Shown here one piece after another: positions 24,861 through 35,761 of a stretch of 64,000 bases of DNA. Made by a program: the position numbers and the translations under genes. Origin of the DNA: an uncultured Collinsella sp. (lineage in GTDB: Bacteria; Actinomycetota; Coriobacteriia; Coriobacteriales; Coriobacteriaceae); the NCBI GenBank assembly GCA_902475525.1, contig CABRZS010000006.1:44260-108259 (forward strand), in the 5' to 3' direction. The notes below the pieces were generated by a model that saw only the letters and a program-made list of their open reading frames with translations, had not been told where the DNA came from and did not search any database. Numbering within the stretch: position 1 is the stretch's first letter; the number at the start of each line of letters is the position of its first letter.

Positions 24861-24947
24861 GGGGACCGCAGGGACGGGAGCAGCTATACTACTCTCAGTA
24901 GTTAAGGGTCGCGGATCCGCCGCGTCACCGCTCTCAACAGGAGGTCT

Positions 24948-25418
24948 ATGTTTATGGCAGATCAGAAGCCGGTTGTCGGGATCATCATGGGTTCCAAGTC
25001 CGATCTGGGCGTTATGGAAGGCTGCACCGCCGAGCTCGAGGCACTGGGTGTGCCCTATGAGCTCGTCATTGCGAGCGCGCACCGCACGCCGGCGAAGGTC
25101 CACGAGTGGGCTTCGACTGCCGCCGATCGCGGTATCAAAGTGATTATCGCCGCCGCCGGCAAGGCCGCTCACTTGGGTGGTGTCGTGGCTGCCTTTACGC
25201 CGCTGCCGGTTATCGGCGTGCCTATGAAGACGAGTGACCTGGGCGGCATGGATTCGCTGCTGTCGATGGTGCAGATGCCTTCGGGCGTGCCCGTGGCCTG
25301 CGTTGCCATCAACGGCGCCAAGAACGCCGCCATCTATGCCACACAGATTCTGGGTGCTTGCGACCCCGAGTACCGCAAGGTTATCGAGAAGATGAAGCAG
25401 GAGATGGCTGACGCCTAA
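24948..25418 (+). CDS. purE: N5-CAIR mutase
   Basis: IMGSKSD, SAHRTP, AGKAAHLGG, SMVQMPSGVPV. Confidence 0.96.
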   Translation: MFMADQKPVVGIIMGSKSDLGVMEGCTAELEALGVPYELVIASAHRTPAKVHEWASTAADRGIKVIIAAAGKAAHLGGVVAAFTPLPVIGVPMKTSDLGGMDSLLSMVQMPSGVPVACVAINGAKNAAIYATQILGACDPEYRKVIEKMKQEMADA

Positions 25419-25453
25419 GCGTTCCGCCGTTTCACCGCAGTATAAGGAGAGCC

Positions 25454-26452
25454 ATGTCCGATTATCAGGGAAAACGATTCAAGGCTTCTCAGATTCCCGA
25501 TCCGTCGAAGCCGGGTGCTGCCCGTGCGGCACAGCAGGGTCGGACATCCTCTCCTCAGCAGCCGCGCGCGCCGCGCCCCGTGACACCGGCGACGCATCGT
25601 CGACAGGACGCGCCGGCCGCATATCGTCCTTCGTCTTATAGCTCCGCTAAGAAGCCGCCCCGGTCTTCATCGCATGCCGCGCCGTCGGATTGCACCGAGC
25701 CGCCGCGCAAAAAGCGCCACTCCATTATTCCCATTCTGCTCATCATCATCGGTATCGGTCTGATTGTCGCCGCCGCCGCTATTTTTATTAATGCCCAGAT
25801 TGGCTATAAGCAGGCGAGCGATTCGTATCAGAAAATCGAGAAGCAATATGTAAGCGATAAGGACGCCAGCGGCGTGCCGATTATCGACTTTGATGCGCTT
25901 GCTCAGACGAACCCCGAGATTGTGGGTTGGATTTACGTGCCGGGAACCAACATCAACTATCCCGTGGTGCAGACCAACAACAACTCCAAATACCTCAACA
26001 CGCTGTTCGATGGCACGTCTAACGCCTCGGGTGCCATCTTCTTGGATAGCGATGACACCGCGCCGGGAATGGTCGACCAGCAGACCACGATCTACGGCCA
26101 CCATATGAACGATGGGTCGATGTTCAACGTGATTTCGGACACCACTGATCAGGCGACGTTCGATAGCATCGAGTTTGTGTATTACATCACACGGGATGCT
26201 ACGTATAAGCTGCGACCACTGGCGACCAAAGTTGTCGAGGACACGTATGCCAAGGCGCGCACGCCCAATTTTGAGGGCGATGACGGGCTCAAGAACTACC
26301 TGTCCGAGATGCTCGACGGTGCCTCTGCCGTGGCGAGCGACGCAGGTGACCGCGCCGCCTCGGCAACGAAGGTCGTAACGCTTGTGACCTGCCGCTCGCT
26401 GTCATTTAGCAATACGCGCGCCGTCATGGTGCTCACGCCGGTCGAGGAATAA
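25454..26452 (+). CDS. Class B sortase
   Basis: TM anchor, NPEIVGWI, INYPVVQ, GAIFLD, IYGHHM..GSMF, TLVTC..R. Confidence 0.88.
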   Translation: MSDYQGKRFKASQIPDPSKPGAARAAQQGRTSSPQQPRAPRPVTPATHRRQDAPAAYRPSSYSSAKKPPRSSSHAAPSDCTEPPRKKRHSIIPILLIIIGIGLIVAAAAIFINAQIGYKQASDSYQKIEKQYVSDKDASGVPIIDFDALAQTNPEIVGWIYVPGTNINYPVVQTNNNSKYLNTLFDGTSNASGAIFLDSDDTAPGMVDQQTTIYGHHMNDGSMFNVISDTTDQATFDSIEFVYYITRDATYKLRPLATKVVEDTYAKARTPNFEGDDGLKNYLSEMLDGASAVASDAGDRAASATKVVTLVTCRSLSFSNTRAVMVLTPVEE

Positions 26453-26516
26453 GTTGTTCGAGAGTAGCTAAAAAGGCCCCGTCCCAAATTGGCTACTCGA
26501 CGACGGTAAGGGAGAA

Positions 26517-26936
26517 ATGATGCTCGAGAGTGGCAAATCGATGCCTTCGATTGATGCTTGGCTGCGCGAGGCCAAGGCCGATTCGTCGGCATCTGCGTGC
26601 GGTATGTACCTGACGCATAACGGTGTGGTGCGTGCGACGCCTAAGTCCGAGGTGCGTGGGGTCGAGACAGATGGTGTGGCGCCTGGACATAAGGTGGGCG
26701 GCATGGTGTTTGGCTTCGATGCTCAGAAGGTGCAGGCCGCTATCGAGGCAACGCGCGCGATGCCGGGTATCGGCTATGTGCGCGTGTGGCTGGCGAGCGG
26801 CGAGCTTACCGTGGGCGACGACATCATGCTCGTGCTCATTGGCGGGGACATTCGCCCGCATGTGGTCGATGCGCTGCAGGCGCTCGTCGGTACCATTAAG
26901 AACGAATGCGTGAGTGAGGTCGAGCGCGAGGCGTAG
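26517..26936 (+). CDS. MoaE-like molybdopterin synthase large-subunit family protein
   Basis: HNGVVR, GELTVGDDIM, GGDIR. Confidence 0.75.
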   Translation: MMLESGKSMPSIDAWLREAKADSSASACGMYLTHNGVVRATPKSEVRGVETDGVAPGHKVGGMVFGFDAQKVQAAIEATRAMPGIGYVRVWLASGELTVGDDIMLVLIGGDIRPHVVDALQALVGTIKNECVSEVEREA

Positions 26937-27026
26937 AGGCTTGCGTCGATAGAAGGATCGTTTATAAAAATGCCCACCGGTACGTGTGATACCGGCGGGC
27001 ATTTTGCGTTTTGGGCGCGGTGGGCG

Positions 27027-28256
27027 CTACACGCGCGTCGCATCCTTGGGGCTCATGGTCATGCTCTGGAAGCGGTTCTCCATGTAGTCGTTATCGAAAT
27101 ACTTGCCGTAGAACTGCGCGACGGGAATATCCGGCTCCGTGCCGTTGACGCGCTGGTACCAGTAGTCGAGCGACTGCAGCGTCATGACGCCGTCGACCAG
27201 CATAATGACGGTAAAAATGACGGTGGCCGAGTAGCGGCTCTTCCAGGGTATCTTGTTGATGAGCTTAAGCAGCCTCGGCAGCAGCAGCTTGATCCAGATG
27301 AGGCCGCCCAGGCCCCACAGGCAGGCAAAGCCCGTGCAGGTGCGTCCGCCCGTGAGGACCACGAGCGGATCGGGCAAACCGAACAGCGTTATGTGCGAGT
27401 AACTCCACGAGACCACGCCAAACGCGGTCTGCATAAACCAGCCCACGAACACCTCAAAGCTCGCGCCGAGCACAGCGCTCACCAGGAAAATGATGATGGG
27501 GTTCTTTTTATAGAAGCGGTTGAGCACCATGGTCATGAGCACGGCGCCAAATCCGTAGATGGGGCTGAAAGGGCCAAACAGCATGCCGGCGCGGTCCTGG
27601 TAGACGCCCGGTTCGTTGACCGTCATGTGCCAGATGTCCTCCAAGATAAGTCCCAGTACGCAGCAGACGAAGAATACCCAGAACAGGTTGAAGTAGTTGA
27701 GCTTGATGTAGCCTTCGCCGGTCTCATCGCGGCCGAGCATGCCCTCGGCGGCGGCATCGCGGTCGAGCATCTCCTGCAGGCGGCGCTGCAGCTCGCGCTC
27801 CTGACGAAGCGTGGGGTCGACGGTGGCCGAAAGCGCGATGAGGATGCCGAGCTGAATAGCGGGACGCAGCAAGAAGGGCCCGATACCCTGGAGCATCACG
27901 TCGACCAAAAGCTCGACGACGGTAAACGCGATAAGGATATAGGACAGACGGGCGGCATTGCGGCGCTGGTTCTTGATAAGGTCCAGGCCAAAGATGATTA
28001 GGATGACGGCACTTGCCGCCGAGAGCATGATGCCGGCGACGATAAGGCCGACCGCGATGAGCATGTTGTCGCCGAGCTTGTCGGCGGCGTTTCCGTTGAT
28101 GAGCGCGGTGATGACCTGCCACATAAAGGTGCCGACCGACGGGAGCGTGCCCACGCCGGACAGGATGCACAGGACGGCGTACACCTTAATGATGAGCGGG
28201 ATCTTCTTGACCTCCGTGGCGCTGGGGACGCTGGGGTCGAGTTCGTTTCGATCCAT
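27027..28256 (-). CDS. Putative ABC-transporter permease-like membrane protein
   Basis: GMLFGPFSPIYGFG, WSYS, multiple TMs. Confidence 0.75.
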   Translation of the reverse strand: MDRNELDPSVPSATEVKKIPLIIKVYAVLCILSGVGTLPSVGTFMWQVITALINGNAADKLGDNMLIAVGLIVAGIMLSAASAVILIIFGLDLIKNQRRNAARLSYILIAFTVVELLVDVMLQGIGPFLLRPAIQLGILIALSATVDPTLRQERELQRRLQEMLDRDAAAEGMLGRDETGEGYIKLNYFNLFWVFFVCCVLGLILEDIWHMTVNEPGVYQDRAGMLFGPFSPIYGFGAVLMTMVLNRFYKKNPIIIFLVSAVLGASFEVFVGWFMQTAFGVVSWSYSHITLFGLPDPLVVLTGGRTCTGFACLWGLGGLIWIKLLLPRLLKLINKIPWKSRYSATVIFTVIMLVDGVMTLQSLDYWYQRVNGTEPDIPVAQFYGKYFDNDYMENRFQSMTMSPKDATRV

Positions 28257-28542
28257 ACAGAACCTTTCTCGCTTTGTTGTAGGTTATAAGGATACGCCGC
28301 CGACCTGCCAAAAGACAGGGCGAACGTCCCAATTGCAACTTTGTAATCCCCAACGGTGGACGCGGCGGCCATCTGGGGGCGCGGGCGCTTGCACTGGACG
28401 GACCGATAAAATGTTTGGCCGCAAAACGGATTATTAGCTCGGTGGGCTTTTAAAAAGCGCTGCTCATGCGCTGGGGAGCACGTCGCGCCGTGCGTATAAT
28501 AAGGCGGGTAACGCCAAAAATACGAGGCTCTGAGGGGATACC

Positions 28543-30213
28543 ATGTCTCAAGAAACCATCCGCGCGGCCGAGCGTGCCGCGGGACAGGTGAACACCATGT
28601 CGACGTATGATCCGGACTCCGACCAGCTGCATGAGGAATGTGGCATTTTCGGCGTATGGGCGCCCGATCGCGACGTGGCTCGACTGACGTACTTTGGCCT
28701 GCGTGCGCTGCAGCACCGTGGCCAGGAATCGGCTGGAATCGCCGTGGGTGACGGCGGCACGGTTATGGTCCGCAAAGATCTGGGCCTGCTCGACCGCGTG
28801 TTCTCCAACGCCGACCTGTCGACGCTCTCCGGCCAGCTGGCCGTGGGCCACGTGCGCTATGGCACCGCCGGTGCCAAGAGCTGGGAAGCCTCTCAGCCGC
28901 ACCTCTCTACCATCAATAGCGTCATTATTGCGCTCGCGCACAACGGCACCCTCGTCAACACCGACGAGCTGCGCCGCCAGCTGATCGAGCTGGGCGTGCC
29001 GTTCCTCTCCAACTCGGATTCCGAGGTCGCGACCAAGCTCATCGGCTACTTTACCCAGCGTACGGGCCATCTGCGCGAGGGCATTCGCAAGACCATGGAG
29101 CTCGTGCGCGGCGGCTACGCCATGACGCTCATCAATGAGCAGGCGCTCTACGCTTTCCGCGATCCGCACGGCATTCGCCCGCTCGTGTTGGGCAAGCTGG
29201 TGGACGAGGGCCTGGACCAGGCCGATGCCGCATCCGTTTCGCAGCTGCCGTCGCAGGACGGCGCCGCGACGGTTAACATTGCCACCCATGTCACCCGCGC
29301 CGGCGGCTGGGTCGTTGCCTCCGAGACCTGCGCGCTCGACATCGTGGGCGCCGAGTACGTCCGCGACGTCCGTCCTGGTGAGATTTTGCGCATCAGCGCC
29401 GAGGGCCTTGTGTCCGAGCAGGGCGTGCCTGCCGCCGAAGAGCCTGCTAACTGCATCTTTGAGCAGGTCTACTTCGCTCGCCCCGATTCCATCATGAACG
29501 GCAAGAGCGTCTACGCCTGCCGTTATGACATGGGTCGTCAGCTGGCACATGAGGAGCCCGTCGAGGCCGACCTGGTCATCGGCGTGCCCGACTCCGGCCT
29601 GCCGCCCGCGGAGGGCTATTCGCACGAGAGTGGCATTCCCTTTGGTGAGGGCCTTATCAAGAACCGCTACGTGGGTCGTACGTTTATCGAGCCTACGCAG
29701 GAGCTGCGTGCCATGGGCGTGCGTATGAAACTCAACCCGCTGCGCGACAACATCGAGGGCAAGCGCCTGGTCGTCATCGACGACTCCATCGTGCGCGGCA
29801 CCACCATGGTGCAGCTCGTCAAGATGCTGCGCAACGCCGGCGCCAAGGAGATTCATATCCGCATCAACTCGCCCGAGGTCATCTGGCCGTGCTTCTACGG
29901 TATCGATACCGACGTGCAGTCGCAGCTTATCAGCGCCAACAAGACGGTCGACGAGATTTGCGAGTATATCGGCGCCGATTCGCTGGCCTTCCTTTCGGTC
30001 GAGGGCCTGCTTAAGGTCATGCCCAAGGGCGGTTACTGCGATGCGTGCTTTACCGGCCGCTACCCCGTGGCGATTCCCGAGAGCTTTGGCCGCGACAAGT
30101 TTATGGAGGGATTTAAGCCCCGCAACCTGGACAAGCCGCTGCACTTTGACGACGACGCCGTGATCGAGAAATACGACGACCGCAGCTGGGAAGAGGAGCA
30201 CGGCGAGGCATAA
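28543..30213 (+). CDS. purF: Amidophosphoribosyltransferase
   Basis: HEE-CGIFG propeptide and catalytic Cys, LQHRGQESAG, VIDDSIVRGTT, CFYGID, CDACF. Confidence 0.97.
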   Translation: MSQETIRAAERAAGQVNTMSTYDPDSDQLHEECGIFGVWAPDRDVARLTYFGLRALQHRGQESAGIAVGDGGTVMVRKDLGLLDRVFSNADLSTLSGQLAVGHVRYGTAGAKSWEASQPHLSTINSVIIALAHNGTLVNTDELRRQLIELGVPFLSNSDSEVATKLIGYFTQRTGHLREGIRKTMELVRGGYAMTLINEQALYAFRDPHGIRPLVLGKLVDEGLDQADAASVSQLPSQDGAATVNIATHVTRAGGWVVASETCALDIVGAEYVRDVRPGEILRISAEGLVSEQGVPAAEEPANCIFEQVYFARPDSIMNGKSVYACRYDMGRQLAHEEPVEADLVIGVPDSGLPPAEGYSHESGIPFGEGLIKNRYVGRTFIEPTQELRAMGVRMKLNPLRDNIEGKRLVVIDDSIVRGTTMVQLVKMLRNAGAKEIHIRINSPEVIWPCFYGIDTDVQSQLISANKTVDEICEYIGADSLAFLSVEGLLKVMPKGGYCDACFTGRYPVAIPESFGRDKFMEGFKPRNLDKPLHFDDDAVIEKYDDRSWEEEHGEA

Positions 30214-30252
30214 AACCTGCCATATGGGGACAGGTTTATTTTGGTAGGTTTT
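30212..30252. repeat. GGGAC-loop REP-like element
   Basis: AAAACCTGCCA-19 nt (GGGGACAGG)-TGGTAGGTTTT; copies at 41723 and 41884. Confidence 0.75.
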
Positions 30253-30370
30253 ACCTGCTGTTTTGTTGATATGACGGCGCGTGCTGTTATGGCATGCACC
30301 GAATCGAGGACAACTATGAGCACCGTTTGGCGCCCGCGCGGCGCCACGGTAGTGGGAGAGGAAGGCTCAG

Positions 30371-31474
30371 ATGAGCGACAGCAAGCATGTGACGTATGAG
30401 GATGCCGGCGTCGATACCGCTGAGGGCGGCCGCGCCGTCGACGCGATTAAGCAGATGGTCAAGGACACCAATCGCCCCGAGGTTATCGGCGGCATCGGCG
30501 GCTTCGGTGGCCTGTTCTCGGCTGCCGCGCTTAAGGATATGGAAGACCCGATCCTGATCAGCGGTACCGACGGCGTGGGCACCAAGCTCGTGCTCGCCCA
30601 GATCATGGACCGTCACGAGACGGTTGGCCAGGACCTGGTCGCTATGTGCGTCAACGATATTCTGGCTTCGGGCGCCGAGCCGCTGTTCTTCCTGGACTAC
30701 GTTGCCATCGGTCACATCGAGGCCGAGCACATGGCAAAGATTATCAAGGGTGTGGCCGACGGCTGCAAGCTCGCGGGCTGCGCGCTCGTGGGCGGTGAGA
30801 TGGCCGAGCACCCGGGCGTCATGGCTCCTGCCGACTACGACCTTGCCGGATTTACCGTGGGCGTCGTCGACCGTCCCAAGATGCTCGACCCCGCAAACGT
30901 CCGCCCGGGCGATGTGATCCTGGGCCTGCCTTCCACCGGCGTGCACTCCAACGGCTACTCGCTCGTGCGTAAGGTCATTGGCGTCGACGGCGTTAAGCCG
31001 GGCACGCCCGAGGCCGTCGCTAAGGCCGAGGAGCTGAGCCGTCCGCTCGAGGAGCTCGGCGGTGCATCGCTGGCAGACGCTCTGTTGGCCCCCACGCGCA
31101 TCTACGTCAAGCCGATCCTGGAGCTGCTGCGCGGCGGCGCCAACGTGCATGCTATCGCCCACATCACCGGCGGCGGTATTACCGAGAACCTCAACCGCGC
31201 GCTCGCCGACGACGTTGACGCCGTGGTCACCCGCAACGGCGCCGAGATGGGTTGGGACGTTCCGCCCGTCATCACCTACGTGTCGCGCCAGGCCGAGCTC
31301 GCCCCCAACGAGGCATGCAAGACCTTCAACATGGGCGTTGGCCTGTGCCTGATCGTTGCTCCCGAGGACGAGGCCGCGGTGACCGAGGCCCTGGTCGCGC
31401 TGGGCGAGAAGCCGTTCCGCGTGGGCGAGTGCGTCGAGGGCTCCGGTAAGGTCGTGTACTCCGATGAGCGCTAA
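30371..31474 (+). CDS. purM: AIR synthetase
   Basis: YEDAGVD, GTDGVGTK, DLVAMCVND, HSNGYSL, HITGGG, TFNMGVG. Confidence 0.97.
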   Translation: MSDSKHVTYEDAGVDTAEGGRAVDAIKQMVKDTNRPEVIGGIGGFGGLFSAAALKDMEDPILISGTDGVGTKLVLAQIMDRHETVGQDLVAMCVNDILASGAEPLFFLDYVAIGHIEAEHMAKIIKGVADGCKLAGCALVGGEMAEHPGVMAPADYDLAGFTVGVVDRPKMLDPANVRPGDVILGLPSTGVHSNGYSLVRKVIGVDGVKPGTPEAVAKAEELSRPLEELGGASLADALLAPTRIYVKPILELLRGGANVHAIAHITGGGITENLNRALADDVDAVVTRNGAEMGWDVPPVITYVSRQAELAPNEACKTFNMGVGLCLIVAPEDEAAVTEALVALGEKPFRVGECVEGSGKVVYSDER

Positions 31475-32165
31475 CGAGCAGATGGCTGCTGCCGCGAGCC
31501 TGGGCTTTGTGCCCTACACCCGTCCGACCGGCACCGATACGGCCGAGCCGCTCAAGATCGGTGTGCTCATCAGCGGCTCCGGCACCAACCTGCAAGCGCT
31601 GATCGATCTGATCGCCGCCGGCAAGCTCAACGCTTCGATTGAGCTTGTGGTGTCGAGCCGTCCTTCGGCCAAGGGCCTGCAGCGCGCTGAGCGCGCGGGC
31701 GTCCAGACGCTCACGCTGTCCAAGGATGTCTACGCCGATCCTATTGCCGCCGACGAGATCATCGCGCACGAGCTTCTCGAGCGCGACTGCGAGTATGTGG
31801 TCATGGCCGGCTACATGCGCATGGTGCACATGCCTCTGTTGGCGGCTTTTCCCAACCGCGTGGTCAACTTGCATCCGGCGCTGCTGCCGAGCTTTACCGG
31901 TGCGCATGCGATTGACGATGCCTTTGCGCGCGGCGTCAAGGTAACTGGCGTGACCGTGCATTTTGCCAACGAGGTCTACGACAACGGTCCCATCATCGCC
32001 CAGCGTGCGCTGGCTGTCGAGGAGGGCTGGGATGTCGACACGCTCGAGGAGCACATCCACGCGATTGAGCACGTGCTGTATCCCGAGGTCGTGCAAATGC
32101 TCGCCGACGGCCGCGTCCACGTGCTGGAGAGCGGCAAGGTCGCAATTGATGCGCCCCGCGGCTAG
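31464..32165 (+). CDS. purN: GAR formyltransferase
   Basis: ISGSGTNLQAL, NLHPALLPSF, TGVTVH, DNGPII. Confidence 0.96.
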   Translation: MSANEQMAAAASLGFVPYTRPTGTDTAEPLKIGVLISGSGTNLQALIDLIAAGKLNASIELVVSSRPSAKGLQRAERAGVQTLTLSKDVYADPIAADEIIAHELLERDCEYVVMAGYMRMVHMPLLAAFPNRVVNLHPALLPSFTGAHAIDDAFARGVKVTGVTVHFANEVYDNGPIIAQRALAVEEGWDVDTLEEHIHAIEHVLYPEVVQMLADGRVHVLESGKVAIDAPRG

Positions 32166-32290
32166 CGGCGCACAGTACAATTTAGTTGAGTGGTCAGGGT
32201 GGTCATTGGCGCCAAGGCGCGCGTGACCACCTTTTGTTTTGGGTGGTCATCGGGGACGTTCCTGAATGACTAGGTGAGAGAGGTGAGCGC

Positions 32291-32755
32291 ATGGCGGATA
32301 ACGAAGCGCTGTTTACGCCTGAGCTGGTGTTTTTTGATTGGGAGTGTGCAACGCCGGATGAGGTGTTTGCGCGCCTCGAGGGTGAGCTTGCCCCGCGCGG
32401 CTACATTGCCGACGGTTGGCTCGACGCCGTCCGCACGCGCGAGGATGCCTATCCCACGGGTCTTGCCATGCCGGCGACAAACATTGCCATTCCGCATACC
32501 GATCCGGGGTTTGTGGCCAAGCCCTATATCGCGGTGGTGAAGCCCGCCGCGCCCGTGACATTTAACGCTATGGCTGGCATGGGCGCTCCGGTGCCGGCGC
32601 AGATCGTCATCAATCTGGGCATCGCCGAACCGGGCGGCCAGGTCGAGGCCCTGCAGGCGCTCATGAACATCTTTATGAACGCCGATGCCGCAGCCGACGT
32701 GCTCGGTCAGACCACGTCCCAGGGTATGGTCGATGCCATCCGCCGCCACTTCTAA
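32291..32755 (+). CDS. Stand-alone PTS EIIA (PTS_EIIA_2, galactitol/fructose type)
   Basis: REDAYPTGL, IAIPH phospho-His. Confidence 0.88.
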   Translation: MADNEALFTPELVFFDWECATPDEVFARLEGELAPRGYIADGWLDAVRTREDAYPTGLAMPATNIAIPHTDPGFVAKPYIAVVKPAAPVTFNAMAGMGAPVPAQIVINLGIAEPGGQVEALQALMNIFMNADAAADVLGQTTSQGMVDAIRRHF

Positions 32756-32766
32756 GGTGGGGCTAA

Positions 32767-32885
32767 GCCGGCACTTGGGGACTGTCCCTAACTGCCGGCA
32801 GAAAAGGAACGTCCCTAACTGCCGGCTGCCAGAGCTGTCCCCTTTGCACCAAAATGGTGCAGATTAACCTGTCCCCAATGCACCA
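32767..32885. repeat. Cluster of GGGAC-loop REP-like elements
   Basis: GCCGGCA-19 nt-TGCCGGC twice (overlapping), then TGGTGC-19 nt-GCACCA, each loop containing GTCCC. Confidence 0.75.
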
Positions 32886-32952
32886 AGCGTGCCGCGGGGG
32901 CTGCGTTGTGACACAATGGCGTTTGTTCGATTCGTTATGCGAAAGGCCAACT

Positions 32953-34173
32953 ATGGCAAATAAGAAAAAGAACCCCGCACCCGAGCCGACGCCCGAGCAG
33001 CAGGCTCGCGCCGCCTCCAGCTCTCGCAAGAAGCAGCGCAAGACCCGCGTGTCCAAGACCGTCAAGATCGTTCTGGTGGTCATCGGCGTGCTGGCAATGC
33101 TGCTTTCCGTCTCGGCCATGGCGTGCTCCGGCCTGATGTCGCAGGCGGAGGATACCTCGGGCTACAAGCTTACCGGCGGTGTAGCTGCCACTATCAACGG
33201 CACCAACCTCACCGAGGACACCGTGACCAAGCAGATCATGAGCATGCGCACGTCCTACGGCTACACCAAGGACAAGGACTGGGCGCAGTACCTGGTCGAC
33301 AACGACCTCACGCCCAAGAAGTACCGCAAGCAACTCATCGACTCCTACACGCAGCAGATTCTGCTTCAACAGGCACAGAAGGAGAACGGCGTGACGGTGT
33401 CGGACGAGGAGGTCGAGAAGGCTTGGAAGGACGCATGCAAGAGCGCGGGCGGTGCCAAGGCCTTTAAGAAGACCCTCAAGACCTACGGCTATACCGAGGA
33501 TACCTACAAGGATTCGCTCAAGGAGAGTCTGGCGCAGCAGAAACTCAAGGATGCCGTCGCGCCCACGAGCAAGCCCAAGGACAGCGAGATCGTCGATTAC
33601 ATCAACGAAAACCTGTCCAGCTACAACGACGCCCGCCGCTCGTCGAACATCCTGATCAAGGTTGATTCCGACGCTTCCGACGAGAACAAGGCTGCCGCCA
33701 AGGCCAAGGCGCAGGAGTGCCTGGACAAGATCAACTCCGGTGAGCTGAGCTTTGAGGACGCCGTTGAGCAGTACTCCGAGGACACCGGTTCCAAGGAGAA
33801 GAAGGGCGATGTGGGCTGGGATAAGCTCACCACCTTTGTCGACAGCTACCAGACGGCGCTCGAGGGGCTCAACAAGGGCGACGTGAGCGAAGTCGTCGAG
33901 TCGACCTATGGTTACCACATCATCAAGTGCACTGACTACTTCCATGTCGATAATCAGGTTGATGACATTAACCAGGTGCCCAAGGCCATCAAAAAGTACG
34001 TCTCCAACGTGGTGAAGACGCAGGCGGCCAGCACTGCATATAGCGAGTGGCTTGAGCAGTACAAGAAGGACGCCGACATCACCGTCAACCCCATGCCCAA
34101 GGACGTACCCTACAACGTGAGCCTGAAGGGTGTCACCAAGAGCTCGACCGACAATTCGTCGACGACTGAGTAA
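32953..34173 (+). CDS. PrsA/SurA-like parvulin peptidyl-prolyl isomerase
   Basis: N-terminal anchor, SurA-like domain, SFEDAVEQYSEDTGS..GDVGW, STYGYHII. Confidence 0.85.
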   Translation: MANKKKNPAPEPTPEQQARAASSSRKKQRKTRVSKTVKIVLVVIGVLAMLLSVSAMACSGLMSQAEDTSGYKLTGGVAATINGTNLTEDTVTKQIMSMRTSYGYTKDKDWAQYLVDNDLTPKKYRKQLIDSYTQQILLQQAQKENGVTVSDEEVEKAWKDACKSAGGAKAFKKTLKTYGYTEDTYKDSLKESLAQQKLKDAVAPTSKPKDSEIVDYINENLSSYNDARRSSNILIKVDSDASDENKAAAKAKAQECLDKINSGELSFEDAVEQYSEDTGSKEKKGDVGWDKLTTFVDSYQTALEGLNKGDVSEVVESTYGYHIIKCTDYFHVDNQVDDINQVPKAIKKYVSNVVKTQAASTAYSEWLEQYKKDADITVNPMPKDVPYNVSLKGVTKSSTDNSSTTE

Positions 34174-34227
34174 TCATGGGGCGGTGCTCGCGCGAGTGTC
34201 GCCCGCACTATTGAGGAGGATTTGCAG

Positions 34228-34671
34228 ATGACCAACGAAGAGCTGCAGCAGGAAATGATCGCCGCCATGAAGGCCAAGGACAAGGTTCGCCTGTCCATCA
34301 TTCGCCAGGTTAAGGCCGAGGTGAAGAACATCGAGGTCAACGAGCGCCGCGATGTGACCGAGGAAGACGTCAACAGCATGATCAAGCGTCTGATCAAGCA
34401 GACGAGCGAGACGCTGGAGATGTCCATCAAGGCCGGCACCGACCAGGAGCGTACCGACAACCTGACCGAGCAGGTCAAGATTCTGGAGAGCCTGCTGCCC
34501 GCGCAGGTTTCGGGCGAGGAGCTCGAGGCTCTGATCGAGCAGGTCATCGCCGAGCTGGGCGCCACGTCCAAGAAGCAGATGGGCCAGGTCATGGGCGCTC
34601 TGGGCAAGGCCACCGGTGGCAACTTCGACAAGCCGGCCGCGGCAAAGATCGTTGGAGCCAAACTCGCGTAA
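34228..34671 (+). CDS. GatB/YqeY domain protein
   Basis: AMKAKDKVRLSIIR, MGQVMGAL. Confidence 0.9.
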   Translation: MTNEELQQEMIAAMKAKDKVRLSIIRQVKAEVKNIEVNERRDVTEEDVNSMIKRLIKQTSETLEMSIKAGTDQERTDNLTEQVKILESLLPAQVSGEELEALIEQVIAELGATSKKQMGQVMGALGKATGGNFDKPAAAKIVGAKLA

Positions 34672-34848
34672 TTTGTTATGCGGTTTTACCAAACCGCATA
34701 ACGGCTCGACGCTGCAAACCCGTACACACGGCAATCTGACGTTCAATTTCAAGGGCGCGACCATAAGGTCTGCGCCCTTTCATTTCACGTCACCTTGCTC
34801 GCGTGTACGGGTTTTCGCTGACTTATGCTCAACAAGGGCGGTTGAGCG

Positions 34849-34915
34849 CTCATTGGGGACAGACTTAAATGAGTGCCCACTTCCCGGGTACTCATTTAAG
34901 TCTGTCCCCAATGAG
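34849..34915. repeat. Doublet of GGGAC-loop elements forming a 26-bp perfect inverted repeat
   Basis: CTCATTGGGGACAGACTTAAATGAGT / ACTCATTTAAGTCTGTCCCCAATGAG. Confidence 0.85.
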
Positions 34916-35021
34916 TGGGTGGAAGATTGCGGGTTCTTTACGGGAATGTAGTGTGGGCTGCGGAAACGTGGTTCTTTCCGTACAATAGTTCAACTCGTGT
35001 AAACGCAGGGAAGGGACATTC

Positions 35022-35753
35022 ATGGCAGACATGATCGAGATCAAGCATCTCAACAAGTACTTTGGCGACCTGCATGTGCTCAAAGATATCAACCTCACCG
35101 TCAAGCGCGGCGAGAAGCTCGTAATGATCGGGCCTTCCGGCTCGGGTAAGTCGACGCTCATCCGTTGCGTCGATTATCTGGAGGAGCCCACGTCGGGCGA
35201 GGTCATCATCGACGGTACGCCGCTTACCAAAAAGAACCACCTGGAGATGGCTCGCAAGTATAGTTCCATGGTGTTTCAGCAGTTCAACCTGTATCCCAAC
35301 ATGACGGTGCTCGGCAACCTGACGCTCGCGCCCATCAAGCTGCAAAAGAAGAGCAAGGAGGAGGCGACCGAGATCGCCATCGCCGCACTCAAGCGCGTCG
35401 GCATGGCGCATAAGGCCGGCGAGTATCCGCAGAATCTCTCGGGTGGTCAGCAGCAGCGCATCGCCATCGCCCGTGCCCTGTGCACCAAGCAGCCCATCAT
35501 CCTGTTTGACGAGCCGACTTCGGCGCTCGACCCCGAGATGGTCCAGGAGGTTCTGGACGTTATGATTGAGCTCGCGCAGGAGGACATCACCATGATCTGC
35601 GTGACGCACGAGATGGGCTTTGCGCGCCAGGTGGCCGACCGCGTCATCTTTATGGAGGACGGCCGCATTCTGGAGGAGGGCACGCCCGAGCACTTCTTCG
35701 ATAACCCCGAGAACCCGCGCTGCCGCGAGTTCCTGTCCAAGATTCTGCACTAG
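35022..35753 (+). CDS. Polar amino-acid ABC transporter ATPase
   Basis: [30 protein letters not shown]. Confidence 0.95.
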   Translation: MADMIEIKHLNKYFGDLHVLKDINLTVKRGEKLVMIGPSGSGKSTLIRCVDYLEEPTSGEVIIDGTPLTKKNHLEMARKYSSMVFQQFNLYPNMTVLGNLTLAPIKLQKKSKEEATEIAIAALKRVGMAHKAGEYPQNLSGGQQQRIAIARALCTKQPIILFDEPTSALDPEMVQEVLDVMIELAQEDITMICVTHEMGFARQVADRVIFMEDGRILEEGTPEHFFDNPENPRCREFLSKILH

Positions 35754-35761
35754 GCGCGGTG

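Noticed and set aside
24660..24947. ZMP/ZTP or purine riboswitch upstream of purE
   Set aside because: Consensus motifs not found; the structure present is the 91-bp palindromic repeat
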